Below, piece after piece: positions 1-13,039 of a stretch of DNA of 64,000 bases (its first letter is position 1; each line of letters opens with the position of its first letter). The position numbers and the translations under genes were made by a program. This DNA comes from Octopus vulgaris (lineage: Eukaryota), in assembly GCA_951406725.2 (NCBI GenBank), contig OX597820.1, forward strand, positions 2,108,001 through 2,172,000, read 5' to 3'. Below the pieces are notes generated by a model, which worked only from the letters and a program-made list of their open reading frames with translations, did not search any database and had not been told where the DNA came from.

Positions 1-433
1 TATCAACCTACGCTCACTTATTTCCCAGTGTTATGCAATAATCTTTCTCTGTTATTAACTTCTTTGCGTTGAATTAATGTTTATAATTATTAACATACTT
101 ATTAATTTAGCCGGCGTTATTGCTAATTTATTTGTAAAATTGTTTCTTTGATATAATTTTAAAATTATTGTTGTTGTTCTCATTTATTTGTCCATTTATA
201 AATATTTATAAATACAGAGTGATTATACCTAATTTGATTTTTTTAATTATTTCCGTAATTTTCTCTGCAATAAGATGATATTTTTTTATTTATCATCTTA
301 AAAACTCAGAGCTTTCCAATAATTTTCTCATAACAATAATAGAATCAGCGCTTATCCAATTTGTGTACCTACCTACCTACATACATACATACATACATAC
401 ATACATACATACATACATACATACATACATACA

Positions 434-496
<63 letters not shown>

Positions 497-884
497 CGAG
501 GCACACCGCCAGTTATGACGACGAGGGTTCCAGTTGATCCGATCAACGGAACAGCCTGCTCGGGAAATTAATGTGCAAGTGGCTGAGCACTCCACAGACA
601 CCTGTGTACCCTTAACGTAGTTCTCAAGGAGATTCAGCGTGACACAGAGTGTGACAAGACTGGCCCTTTGAAATACAGGTACAACAGGAAAAGGAAGAAA
701 GAGTGAAAGTTGTGCTGAAAGAGTACAGCAGGGCTCTCCACCCCCACCCCCACCCCTGCCGGTGTCACGTGGAGCTTTTAGGTGTTTTCGCTCAATAAAC
801 ACTCACAACGCCCGGTCTGGGAATCGAAACTACGATCCTATGACCGTGAGTCCGCTGCCCTAACCACTGGACCATTACTCTTCC
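497..884 (-). mobile_element. tRNA-derived SINE, family A
   Basis: Reverse complement has a Pol III A-box (TGGTCCAGTGG) and B-box-like GTTTCGATTCC head; collinear with the copy at 35497-35866. Confidence 0.85.
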
Positions 885-906
885 CATGTACGTACATGCA
901 TACCTA

Positions 907-949
<43 letters not shown>

Positions 950-1005
950 ATTTGCATATGTATAATTATGTTTGGTACGACATCTTTCTTTCTCTTCTTT
1001 CTCTT

Positions 1006-1049
<44 letters not shown>

Positions 1050-1379
1050 CCTTACCTCTCTGTTGCTTTTTCTGCCTACCTCTTATGCATAAACACATAC
1101 ACACGTGTGTATCAATTAAGCATTAATGATAATTATAACTGTCTTCATTTAATGGTTTGTTTATTTCTTCATTAACCTCTAACTCAGATTAAGCCCCTCA
1201 TTTAATAGTCAGCTTTAAATGCAAAAGGCTTCTTCTTCTTCTTCTTCCCGATTTAATCTTTCCATATAAACTAATTACTGTTTATTTATCGTTGCTTCCG
1301 TTCGTTTCAGAATTATTCGTAAATACTTTTCATCTGTTTACATTCAAACTCCTTTCTGCCTCTGCTTCTGCATTTGAAT

Positions 1380-1597
1380 ATTGGCTTCTAATTTTGGCAC
1401 AAGGCCAGCAATTTTGAGGGAGAGATTAAATCGATTACATCGACCCCAGAGCTCAATTGGTATTCATTTTATATACCTCAAAAGGATGAAAGGCAAAGTG
1501 GTCCTTGGTGGAATTTGAACTCAGAACGTAAAGACAGATGAAATACCGCCAAGCATTTTGCCCGGTACGCTAACGATTCTGCCAGCTCGCCGCCTTT
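1380..1597 (-). mobile_element. SINE family B (tail type ii)
   Basis: Head GGCGGCGAGCTGGCAGAATCGTTAG...GAGTTCAAATTCC; central CTTTGCCTTTCATCCTTT; about 17 related copies in the window. Confidence 0.85.
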
Positions 1598-3016
1598 AGA
1601 TGCCCCAAATATTGAGCTCCTCCTTTAGGACAATTGCCATAAAGGCTGAGACAAGTACGAAGTTTCTTACCTTTTATTTTTTATTTCCGTTTATTTCTTT
1701 TTGGCATTTTGTTCTCATTTGTATCGCTTTGTATTTCTGTGTTGTTCTTTGTCAATGGAATGCTAAAAATGGCAAACGGGAATAACACAATAAGAAACTA
1801 AAGATTATCTAGCAGTGCCTTCTACCCTACTCACCCGATGACGTGATGGTACACAACCATTGTTGAATCATATTCGTGTAGGCTATAATATGTGCAATAT
1901 GTGAAGTATTCAGCAATGGCCAGATGATTCTGATGTGCCGAAACAATTGTAGTGGTTTGGGAGGCATAAGGCCTGTTCATTTCATTTTCTCGTATTCAAA
2001 TACTTTTGTATAAATTCTGTGGATATTCACTGATTTCAACATGTACTTCTCTCCCCATCTCAGCAGTCCTCCTCCTCCTCCTCCGCCATCTCATCCACAT
2101 TCCTTACTTCATTGTCTCTTATTCTAGTTTTCTATAGCTTCAACCATTTCTGATTAATTAAATATACGCTTAATGACCTGCTCAACCAACGGCACCTTAT
2201 TTCACAATACTGACCAATTCCAACTCCTCCTCCCTCCTTTCGCCGACCCACCATTTGTATATCTGTTCAATCCTTCGATTACTCACCCCGCTCCTCATCA
2301 TTTATTTCTTATCTCTTCTTGCTCTTCCTCTACTTCCCCACTCACCCCCCCCCCCTTAGCCGCTTTGACCCTCTCTCTCTTTGCCTTTTAATCCTCTCTT
2401 CCGCTTGTCCCACTTAAACTTTAAATCTCTCGCACCACGGTAGGAACTGCTATCTGCTAATCTTCCCCTCCCGATGAAGGAAGCCGGTATTACGGTAATG
2501 TCTCCATGCATCCACCTACTGGTTATATATGTGTGACCTTTTGCACATTCTATCTGCCAATTATAAATATTACAACTACTAGTTAATTCCAAGCTCCCAG
2601 AGACAGTTGTCGAGTTTTTAAAAAAAATATGCATTCTCTTAGTTTTCTGTATTTTTTATACTCCAGGTAAAAGTAAATTTATTTGTCAATATATATAAAT
2701 ATGTGTATACTTGTACATATGTGTTTAACTTCTGAATATATTTAGTTTTTGTATTTTGATATGTGTGTGTGTGTATTCATGCATATCAAGCTTAATCGTA
2801 TTCATATGCATCACTTTCTCCATATCAGCTCATCTGGATTTCTCTTATAGTCACTCTTTACCCGGTGGACCTAGAATTTAAGTTCAAATCATTTGAGAAC
2901 TACTACGTGTTTCCTATATTGAACATCTCTAGATTTCACCGGTTGACTCCATATATATATACGTACTCATGCATACATATATATAGATACATACATGAAT
3001 GTATATTTGTGTGTGT

Positions 3017-3057
<41 letters not shown>

Positions 3058-3152
3058 AGACACATATATATGTATTATATGTATGTATATATATATACAT
3101 ATATGTTCAATGTTTGCACATATGTATGCATAAATATACATATTTTTATGTG

Positions 3153-3211
<59 letters not shown>

Positions 3212-3257
3212 ACATATGTGTGTGTATGTATATATACATACATATATGTATGTGTGC

Positions 3258-3405
<148 letters not shown>

Positions 3406-4649
3406 TGTTTGTGTGTATTAATTTATTAATCCTGATGCACACCCACTCAGCAGTTTATCAATTTTCTCTGCAAGTCTCTCGGACACGTAATCCAGCGTCC
3501 TTGAGTTGGCACAATGCGTCGTACCACATCGTACCACACAGACCTCGCAGATTTAATTACAGCATTCACTTGTTCAGTGCATAACTCGAGATCTTACAGC
3601 CACACTGACGGCGTCGGCAACATTCAATGTAATGAATATATCGGTTCTCTTATAAAGAAGTATTAACCATTTAGCATGATGCCACGAAGAATTTGTTGGT
3701 TGAGCAATTCACTAATATTCGACAGAACACCAGGCAGTCTTACTTAATGATGTTTATGTACACCTGTTGCACCAAAGGACCAACCGCTGAGATGAATCTT
3801 GCATTGTATAAACACAACTACTCTTAATGAAAATGATGCCACCAGCCAACAACCTGCTAGAAATAGCAGCCAAAGAGATTTCATGTCAAATGCTATCATC
3901 TTATGTAAACATTGCAATTTCTAATTAAAATGATACCGCCAACCAGCAGGAGAGTCTCTATGTGGTCATTCAGTCTGCTAGAAATCGCAACTAAATAGAC
4001 TTCATGCCATACAATATTATCTTCAAATTTCTTTTTAAAAAACGGCAACATTAGACGATATACAGGGGCTCGGTCGGTTAATGAAGCGCATGAAGGAGCG
4101 TGGAGTAGAGGTTAGGGTACTACACTCAGGATCGCAACATCATGGTTTCGATTCCCGGACCAGGGAGTGCGTTGTGTTCTTGAACAGGAAGAAGTCAATT
4201 AGTGCTGACCATTTATGTGCTGACTTGGGGAAGGTTTTTTGACGGAAAACCCCGACAGTTGCACATTCTTGCGAATCTTCCTTCTCGATGTCACCAATGT
4301 TTATCCAAGAGAAAGGCTGCCAACATGGCTCGTTGCGATACAACTTGGCACCAGTGTTTTGGGAGATGTTGTCGTCAGAACACTAAGATACTAAATAAAT
4401 ACCACGTTGTATTTCGCTTAATCCCTCAAACAATTCCATCAATCTACAACCCTGGATTAATCCCTGTTATCATTATTATTTTTTTGTTCGTTTTTTTTAA
4501 TCGATTCCGAAACAATGAAAGGCAAAGCTGACTTCGCGAAGATTTCAACTGCGAACGCAGGCTACCGGAACAAATCTCGTGAGACACTGTGCAATGCTCT
4601 AATAGTTCTGCCAATTCTTTGCTGACAATAATATATTCCTCGAGAAAGG

Positions 4650-4885
4650 TGGCCAGCTGACAGAATCGTCACCGCACCAGACAAAATGCTGAACAGCATT
4701 TCACCCATCTTTATGTTCTGTGTTCAAATTCCGTCGAGGTCGACTTTGCTTTTCACCCTTCGCGATCGATAAAAAAAAAAGTACCAGTTAAGTACTGGGG
4801 TCAATGTAATCAGCTAGCCCCCCCACACACACACACTCACACACGCACACAAAATTGCTAGCCTTGTACCAAAATTTGAAACCAA
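4650..4885 (+). mobile_element. SINE family B (tail type ii)
   Basis: Same head and centre; ends GCCTTGTACCAAAATTTGAAACC. Confidence 0.75.
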
Positions 4886-5138
4886 TATATTACTTACTGA
4901 AGATTATTTATACTACGATGAAGCTCGCTTAATTCCTCTAACAATTCCATCAATTTACAACCCTGGATTAATACCTGCGTTTTTCTTTCCGTTTTCTTTA
5001 ATCGATTCCGAAAGAATGAAAGACAAAGTACCAGGGTCGATTCATTCGACTAAAATAATTCTCAAAGCCTCATTTGAATGAAATGTAAACATGCCACTAA
5101 ATATATTCGCCCTTATTTCATATTCATATATCCATATA

Positions 5139-5369
5139 TATTTCTTTACTACCCACAAGGGGCTAAACACAGAGGGGACAAACAAGGACAGACAAACGGA
5201 TTAAGTCGATTACATCGACCCCAGTGCGTAACTGGTACTTAATTTATCGACCCCGAAAGGATGAAAGGCAAAGTCGACCTCGGCAGAATTTGAACTCGGA
5301 ACGTAACGACAGACGAAATACGGCTACACATTTCGCCCGGAGTGCTAACGTTTCTACCAGCTCGCCGCC
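5139..5369 (-). mobile_element. SINE family B full length (tail type i) with 16-bp TSD
   Basis: TTCATATATCCATATA duplicated at 5123-5138 and 5370-5385. Confidence 0.9.
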
Positions 5370-5666
5370 TTCATATATCCATATAAATAGATGAATTCAT
5401 CGGTCCTTTCACACGTCATGTTTTTCAGCCTACAAGTGACCGAAAACCACTTTCCTCACCAAACAAGCTTCATGAAGTTGCCAGTTTAGTCCCCGACGTC
5501 CCGACCACGCAACAGGTTGCACTATCAGAAAATTACTATTTTTAAATCTCACAACGTGAGATATTCAGCAACAGTACTTTGGAGTAAAGATTGTTTGCCA
5601 GCATAACATGGCAGTCTTGGTTTAGGACGAATGTTGCTGTAATTTAGCCCCAGGAGACATCGTCTC

Positions 5667-5911
5667 CAGCTGGCTATACGACACGATCTGTGTCCTTATA
5701 TTTTCGAACAAGGGAATCTAGCACCCCCACTCAGCTCAAAACAATATCTGTGTATCGTGATTTCCAGGTTATTTCCCTTCATCAGCACAGAATAATTGTT
5801 CGGCTAGAGGTGGCGCTGCCAAATTCCCGTTCGAAATATACAGTTTTCAAAGTGACAATTAGTCTCTTGTTCAAGAATATAAGGATATAGATCGTGTCGT
5901 ATAACCAGCTG
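5667..5911 (-). mobile_element. Inverted-repeat module enclosing a hammerhead-like fold (Penelope-like remnant?)
   Basis: About 49-bp imperfect IR at 5667-5716 and 5863-5911. Confidence 0.6.
5747..5791 (-). ncRNA. Candidate type I hammerhead ribozyme
   Basis: Minus strand: TCTGTG CTGATGA AGG-gaaataa-CCT g GAAA TC-ac-GA TA CACAGA; one extra G after stem II. Confidence 0.6.
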
Positions 5912-5974
5912 TGTGTATATATGTATATATATATATGTGTGTAAACATGTGTATATCTTTCTAGTTGGAATTTA

Positions 5975-6110
5975 CAAAAAAAAAAAAGACGAGTGTGTAA
6001 ACAACAAACAGATGTATTAGTTTAATGCTCGAAAAGGTGAGAAAGTCTTTTACGTTTCGAGTCTACGCTCTTCGACAGAAAGGAACACGAGGAAAAAAGC
6101 AGAGACAGAA
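5975..6110 (-). mobile_element. Penelope-LTR-like short repeat with degenerate hammerhead motif
   Basis: Minus strand CTTT CTGTCGAA GAGC-gtag-ACTC GAAACGTAAAAG; related copies at 31540-31630, 51950-52125 and 52340-52460. Confidence 0.5.
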
Positions 6111-6112
6111 AA

Positions 6113-6114
<2 letters not shown>

Positions 6115-6145
<31 letters not shown>

Positions 6146-6730
6146 CATGTGTGCATGTATGTATGTATGTATGTATGTATGTATGTATGTATGCATGCAT
6201 GTATGGTTGGATGGATAGACGTATGTATGGCTGCATGTATGTATGCATGTATGCATATATAGATGGATGTATGTATGCATACATACATGCATGTATGTAT
6301 ACATGTATGTATGCATACATGCATGCATGCATGTATGTATACATATATGTGTACATGTATTTATGCATGCATGCATGTATGCATGTACGTATGTATGTAT
6401 GTATGTGTGTGTCATTATTCAGTTTTATTTCAAGATTTCTTACCAACAGAGAAAGAACCGGTTTCTAACCCAGATCCAAGGCTCCTTCTTTGGAATTTCA
6501 ACATCAGCAACAGGGTATTTTTGTATGTATGTATGTATGTATGTATGTATGTATGTAGGTAGGTAGGTAGGTCGGAAGGTAGGTAGGTAGGTAGGTAGGT
6601 AGGTAGGTAGGTAGATAGGTAGGTAGGTAGGTAGGTAGGTAGGTAGGTAGGTAGGTAGGTAGGTATACATGTACGTAGGTATGTATGTATCTATCTATCT
6701 ATGTGTGTGTATGTATTTATGTATGTATGT
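6115..6730. repeat. Compound microsatellite (TG)n/(TGTA)n/(TAGG)n
   Basis: Direct reading; explains the ORFs called here. Confidence 0.95.
6411..6522 (-). mobile_element. About 110-bp repeat embedded in (TGTA)n, probable LINE 3' end
   Basis: Second copy at 14834-14944 lies next to an R4-like RT fragment. Confidence 0.55.
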
Positions 6731-6954
6731 GACTTTTATCCTTTTATCTTCTCCTTGTTGCAGCCATTAGACTGCGGCCATGTTGGGGCACCGCCTTGAA
6801 GAACATTTTAGTCGAATGCATCGATCCCAGGACTTATGTTGTTTTACGTCTATCGGTTTGATTTTGCCGAACCGCTAAATTATGGGGGCGTAAATAAATC
6901 AACACCAGTTGTCAAGCGGTGACGGGGGACAAACACAAACGTAAAGACGTGTAC

Positions 6955-6997
<43 letters not shown>

Positions 6998-7750
6998 CAC
7001 ACACAACGCGCGTATATATATAGTCTATGTGTGTCTGTGTATGTATGTATGTACGTATGTATGTATATAAAAAATACAAAAAAAGGGACAATAACGCAAA
7101 AAATCAAGACAGGTGATACAAAAAAGGACAACAAGACATCCCGACTGTTTGATGAAACAAAAAGGGGACAAGAACGGGTCATTCGGAGTTTTCTTTCGTC
7201 AGTCGAGTTCCAGATTATCTCTGCAGTTTCGGCTAGTTATACTCGAGACTGCTCCAATCTGGCCAGCCCCAAGGAAAATCTAAGCTAAGAACACTAGGTC
7301 CCTTGGAAGAAAGCAGCGAATGTATACGAAAACAAGGACATCCGATGAGAAAAGGATGAGCATTGGTACATTGAAGACATGCTGCTTGTGTAGGACACGT
7401 AGGTAGGATTGATTTAGGCACTATTTCTAGCAAGTTATATGACCATCTGTTGTAACCTATGCTAAACAACATGTCGTGACTGAAGCTCTGAAAGACAATA
7501 GCATCGTGACATAAGGACAGAAAAATTTCTGTATTTTTCTCTGCAGTGAGATCTTGTCTGGATGCGGGGGCGGAGATAAACAATTGAAATGGTTGAAAAA
7601 TATTTCCATTCTTGAATATTTTCGTTCTTCCTTGCTCCAGACGAGTCATTTGTTTTGTTTACGTTCCCCAGTTTATATCGTTCGCCTCTGGGGAACGAAG
7701 TAATATTTAGATGTAGATTGTATTCTATAATTTATACTGATTTAAAATAT

Positions 7751-7797
<47 letters not shown>

Positions 7798-7826
7798 TAG
7801 ACAGAAAGAGAGAGAGAGAGACAGGT

Positions 7827-7882
<56 letters not shown>

Positions 7883-7973
7883 TGTGTGAGCATTGAGTAT
7901 ATTTCTTAGTTTTCTTGTAAATAAAAGTCGAATGTGATTATAAAAAAAGATACAGAAACAAATTCAATAGTGT

Positions 7974-8362
7974 AGGTGCAGGTGTGAGTGTGTGGTAGGA
8001 GGTTTGTCTTCCAACTATATGGTTCCGGGTTCATTCCCTGTGCGTGGCGCATTGGACGAGCGTCTTCTGCTATAGCCACGGGAAAACTTATTTGCTAGAC
8101 GGAAATTGAAAGAACCCCGTCGTAAATGTGTGTGTGTGTGTGTGTATGTATTCGTGTCTCAGTTTGTCCCCCACTACTGCTTGGCAACCGGTGTTGGTAT
8201 GTTTACGTCCCTGTAAGTTAGCGGTTCGACAAAAGAGACCAAGAGAGTAAGTATCTGGCTTTAAAAAAATAATAAATATAGGGGTCAATTCATTCGACTA
8301 AGAATTCTTCCAGGCGCAGCTCCAGCATGAGCGCGATCCAGTGATTAAAACAAGTAAAAGTA
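7974..8362 (+). mobile_element. SINE family C (CORE-like), degenerate full length
   Basis: Collinear with 55351-55730. Confidence 0.8.
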
Positions 8363-8614
8363 CAATACAGACGAAAGAAATTTAAAATATTCCCCCCCCC
8401 CCACGTGGCTACAAGAAGGATCGGCTGAGCGGTTTCTTTACAGAGATATATTCTTCTGTTTTCCGCGTTTCTAATCTTCTGTATCTCGTAAAAAGAAATA
8501 AGTGGGTAAGAAATGCCTTCTTTTCCTCGACAGTGCTGTGTCGAGCCCATGGACATATATATGGGGCCAGTTACCCTGTTTCCAATGCATATAAGTGACT
8601 GCGTCCAGAACTTT

Positions 8615-8907
8615 CTTTTCTACTCTAGGCACAAGGCCCGAAATTTTAGAAGAGGGGGCCAGTCGATTAGATCGACCCCAGTGCGCAACTGGTACTTAAT
8701 TTATCGACCACTAAAGGATGAAAGGCAAAGTCGACCTCGGCAGAATTTGAACTCAGAACGTAAAGACAGACGAAATACCGCTAACCATTTCGCCCGGCGT
8801 CCTATCGTTTCTTCTTTCTTTATTACCCACAAGGGGCTAAACATAGAGGGGACAAACAAGGACAGACAAACGGATTAAGTCGATTACGTCGACCCCAGTG
8901 CGCAACT
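8615..8907 (-). mobile_element. Two adjacent SINE family B segments
   Basis: Family B centre and both tail types in tandem. Confidence 0.8.
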
Positions 8908-9146
8908 GGAAAATTCCTGGAAAATTTCGAGGATTTCCTGGAAAGTTTCGAGGATTTGACTTCTCGGGGAGTTCCGAGGATTTTACTTCCTGGAAAATTC
9001 CGAGAGCATCCTGGAAAGTTCCGAGGATTTGACTTGATGGAAAATTCCGAGGGTTTCCCAGAAAATTCCTGAGCATTTGACTTCCTGCAAAATTTCGAGG
9101 ATTCCCTGGAAAGTTCCGACGATTTGACTTCCTGGAAAGTTCCGAG
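8908..9146. repeat. Degenerate 21-26 bp minisatellite (GATTTGACTTCCTGGAAAATTCCGAG)
   Basis: About 10 imperfect units read directly. Confidence 0.9.
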
Positions 9147-9332
9147 TGTCGGTGGCACGTAAAAGCACCCACTACACTCTCGGAGTGGTTGGCGTTAGGA
9201 AGGGCATCAAGCTGCAGAAACTCTGCCAGATCAAGATTGGAGCCTGGTGCAGCCATCTGGTTCGCCAGTCCTCAGTCAAATCGTCCAACCCATGCTAGCA
9301 TGGAAAGTGGATGTTAAACGATGATGATGATG

Positions 9333-9334
<2 letters not shown>
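9147..9334 (+). mobile_element. 3' half of a SINE with (GAT)n tail
   Basis: GGCGTTAGGAAGGGCATC motif typical of SINE 3' regions; ends in GATGATGAT. Confidence 0.65.
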
Positions 9335-9365
<31 letters not shown>

Positions 9366-9879
9366 CACGTCAAAGGTAGAGTAGTACAATTGTTTCATGC
9401 TACTTCATTTTATTAAACACTTCCCATCTCTACCCCTTCCTATAGGAGTAATTACAACCGTGTTTCGTGGTCTGTTACCACAACAGCTCCTTTATAGGAT
9501 CCAGTTAGCTCGAAACATCGTCAGGAGGAATCACGTCCGCTTTCGGCCCCTACTCCTCTACCGTTTTGACGTGGAGGCCCTTTCGGAGGTGTCTTCAGCT
9601 CCGGTGTTGGGTGCATGTCTTCTTTCTTCTGTTCCCTGGCCTCTTCGATGTATGTCAGCGAGTGTCAGCCGGTGACTGACTGTCTTGTCAAAATTTCTCC
9701 CTTTAAATACCTGCCGCATAGGCTCCAGCAGGCAGCCCTGGAAAGTTGTCACGTGACATTGTCTCACCTTAACTGACTAGTGAAGGCGCGTAGTTTCAGC
9801 ACGCGCTTTTTCTAAACGACCATCACCTATCAGTCAGCGAAGCTGCTTCAGTCAGCTTGTCTCACCTAATGATGTTATT

Positions 9880-10790
9880 TCCCGTCGGCATGTTTATGAC
9901 TTTCAAGCCATTTTCGGTCTTCCCGCTTCAGTCATATATAGAAGCTGGCTTTTTCTACCGCCTCCCGTACTCTCCTTATTAGTTTACGCAACTCGGGGCT
10001 AGAAAAAACAAATCTTCTTTCGGAAAGCGTTGTCATTTTCTTTTCAAACCAGGTGATAATATTCGACATTCCATCCCTGTTCTCTGCATTCTTCGATTAG
10101 CTTTTCATACCTCTTCTCCTTTCGTTCCTCTGCGTTGCCGATGTTCTCTTCCCAAGGTACTGTCAGTTCTTGTAAAATTCCCATTCTCCGGTCTCTGTTC
10201 CATAGAACTAAATCCGGTTTTTTTGTTGTTTTTATTAGTGGGAAAATTACTTGTCTTTCCAAGTCCGTGGCCAGCTCCCAGTATCCCTTCCATCTTTCGT
10301 CCATCTCGTATACTTTACTTGTAGGCCTGGTTTTATAACCTTTTCCCTCCTTGTGGAAGTATACTTTCCTGCGCTTTTCTACTTTTGGGTACTCTCCCCT
10401 ATTGTACCTCTCGATCTTATCCTTGAGTGCTGCGCTTATGACGCCGAGGACTTGATTATGCCGTCATGTATATCTTTCAAGTGCTAGTCTGCAATTTGAC
10501 AGAACAGGTCTAACCGTCGCTTTCTCTCCGCATCTACACTCATCGGTTGTTTTTATGTTCCACCGGACTAAGTTCGCCGGTGAGGGAAGAACGTCGAAGG
10601 TAGACTTGATCAGGAAGGATGTTCTTGCTTGTTCCCAAGCGCATATTCCTCCCATCTCAGGCACTGTCCCTGTTGACTGCATTGCACCAAATGTACATTT
10701 CGCCTTTCTTATTTCTCACTTCGTATACCACTGCCTCCTTCATCTCTTTTACACTGCTCTTGCAAAATGGCCTGAAATTTTGCGACCCTA
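9880..10790 (-). mobile_element. HERO-clade non-LTR retrotransposon 3' fragment (zinc knuckle plus restriction-like endonuclease), frameshifted
   Basis: SFLIKSTFDVLPSPANLVRW..CRCGEKATV..VLSNC..ERYT and KPDLVLW...ILQELTVPWEEN...RKEKRYEKLIEECREQGW. Confidence 0.85.
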
Positions 10791-10944
10791 GGCCTAGGCA
10801 GTGGTATACGAAGTGAGAAAGAAGAAAGGCGAAATGTACATTTGGTGCAATGCAGTCAACAGGGACAGTGCCTAAGATGGGCGGAATATGTGATCAACCG
10901 AAGAATATCATGGAGGGAACTTTGCGCTTTTATATATTAGATAC

Positions 10945-11105
10945 AACGGGCTTCTTTCAGTTTCCGTCTACCAGATCCACTCACTAGGCTTTGGTCGGTC
11001 CGAAGCTATAGTAAAAAGCACTTGCTCAAGCTGCCACACAGGGCTACTGAACCCGGAAGCCTACGGTTGGGTAGCAAGCTTCTTAACAGACGGCCACGCC
11101 TGCGA
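10945..11105 (-). mobile_element. SINE family C 5' half
   Basis: Similarity to 55351-55512. Confidence 0.75.
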
Positions 11106-11441
11106 CTATTTTGTTGATAGAATTTATCTGCAATGAATTGGTTATACTACTGCAATACACAAAATATCTTAACATTTTTCTTATAAAATTCCAGGGTTTT
11201 GTTAAGCCTGGAATAGTTGTGAGGCTCCAGAAGATTAAAATAGGAATCAAATGGACCCAAAAGTAAAATATTGTTGAAAACCACTGCTTTAAATATACAA
11301 TTGAAATTTGCTGGGCATTATGAAAGCTCGATATCTTTGAACAGATTTGGATCTGCAGTAATCAATTTGAGGCAGAGATAAATAAACAAACGATGTTGTA
11401 GCATGGAAGTCTAGATTTACTTACGGAGACAGCGACTGGGT

Positions 11442-11565
11442 ATCGCCTGAGGAGATGCATAGAGAGCTTCTTGTACAGGTAAATCGTGAAATAAACTTAA
11501 TTTAAATTTAACTTTAAATCCTGTATATACGAGGATCTGTAAGTATCGAAACATTTGATAGTGAT
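11442..11565 (+). ncRNA. Candidate degenerate hammerhead with long stem II
   Basis: ATCGC CTGAGGA GATGC...(~85 nt, partly paired)...GTATC GAAAC ATTTG ATA GTGAT; stem III imperfect. Confidence 0.4.
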
Positions 11566-11618
11566 TAAAAAGCTGCCTAAGCGTACTTACTCTTCCTTTT
11601 GACTCTTTTACTTTTTAC

Positions 11619-11703
<85 letters not shown>

Positions 11704-11710
<7 letters not shown>

Positions 11711-11953
11711 GGTGGCATAATTATTGCGGCTTTTTGCAACAAATTTTATTCAACAAAAACAATAACATGTATCAAAAACATCTTTAAATGATTATTCCGG
11801 AGCATATTCACCATCTACTTCAATTACTGCTTCCCATTTGCTTGGCAGACGGTCAGACCGTCATTTAAAGATGTTTTTGTTTATATACTGCTATTGTTTT
11901 TGTTGAATAAAATTTGTTGAAAAAAAAGCTGCAATAATTATGCACCAACCCAA
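11704..11953. mobile_element. Mariner-derived MITE
   Basis: About 85-bp inverted arms beginning TTGG(G/A)TTGGTG(G)CATAATTATTGC, TA flanks; centre encodes RLPSKWEAVIEVDGEYAPE* on the minus strand. Confidence 0.9.
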
Positions 11954-13039
11954 TAAAATTAACTTTGAAATTCACAATACAAAAGTAAAAAGCAAACAGT
12001 GAAATACTGAATTATTATAAGCTGCCGCTTAAGATCTTACTTTGCTGGTGCTGACCGAAGAACCTGTATTCAATCAGTGAATTAGATGCAAAATTAGGTG
12101 AAAAATTGTTATAGCATTTGCAGTCATCGCCCCCTTATCGCGATGTTTTCTAACAAGGTATAAAATAACTTGATTGAAGTAGCAGACACAGCTGTAAAAA
12201 AACAATATTAGATAACAAGCTCACGAGCTCACTTTTAGTTACCATGGAAATTGATGGAATGGTTGATAGTTCAAACATTCCTCAGAGTTCCACAGTTTTA
12301 AGATATGAAAATTCAGAATGATGTGTATGTTTAGTCATACCGTTAACTATTGAATTTTGCATCAAGTAGTGTCAATAGTAACCATCAAACACTAATGTTT
12401 CGGTTGATATTAGCCCCATCAGTGATTGTCATTAGACGCTAAATGGGAGCTTCTGTTCCTATTTATAGAAATCAGTCAACAAAACAGCGAATTCTTACTA
12501 ATCTCCGCTGGTATACTTCTCAAGGTCATAGAGGCATACAAGCCCCCACACCGCAACAAAGTATGCTAATCATAGCACTAATTAAAATTGCATTTAGAAA
12601 ACCAGATAGAAGTGGTGCAGCCTTGATCACTGTAGAATAAATATTTGTTTTTATTTTACAATTGAATCGACAAAATACTCCAGTGTCTCTCTTCTCGAAA
12701 GAATGCGTCGCGAAAAGACTGTGAAATCGTCGAGTGCAGGATCAAATCAGTTTGAAATTGCTCCGAGGGTAATTTGAAATCGACTTTATCCTAGTCCCCC
12801 CTCTTAATCCGAATGCAATTTTAAGTGTCAGAGAGGTCGGCTGAATGGCGGGAGGGGATAACCCGAAATCGCTTCACCGGAATAATTTGAAAGAAAAATA
12901 TCAGCAGTGAATTTATTGGTGTGACTGTTTGGTATGCTATAGGCCTTAGAATATACCCATGTGATCCCTGCTATTTCTGGCATAATAAACGACCACGTTG
13001 AGGCGCAGGACCAACAGGTTTGAGGAACAGGGTAAGTCA

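Noticed and set aside
1915-1958. GCCGAAACAATTGTAGTGG resembling a hammerhead 3' half
   Set aside because: No correctly placed 5' core or stem I.
9445-9530. Two back-to-back hammerhead-like halves (GAAAC..GTA on minus, GAAACATCGTC on plus)
   Set aside because: The CUGANGA core is missing in both, so they are too degenerate to call.
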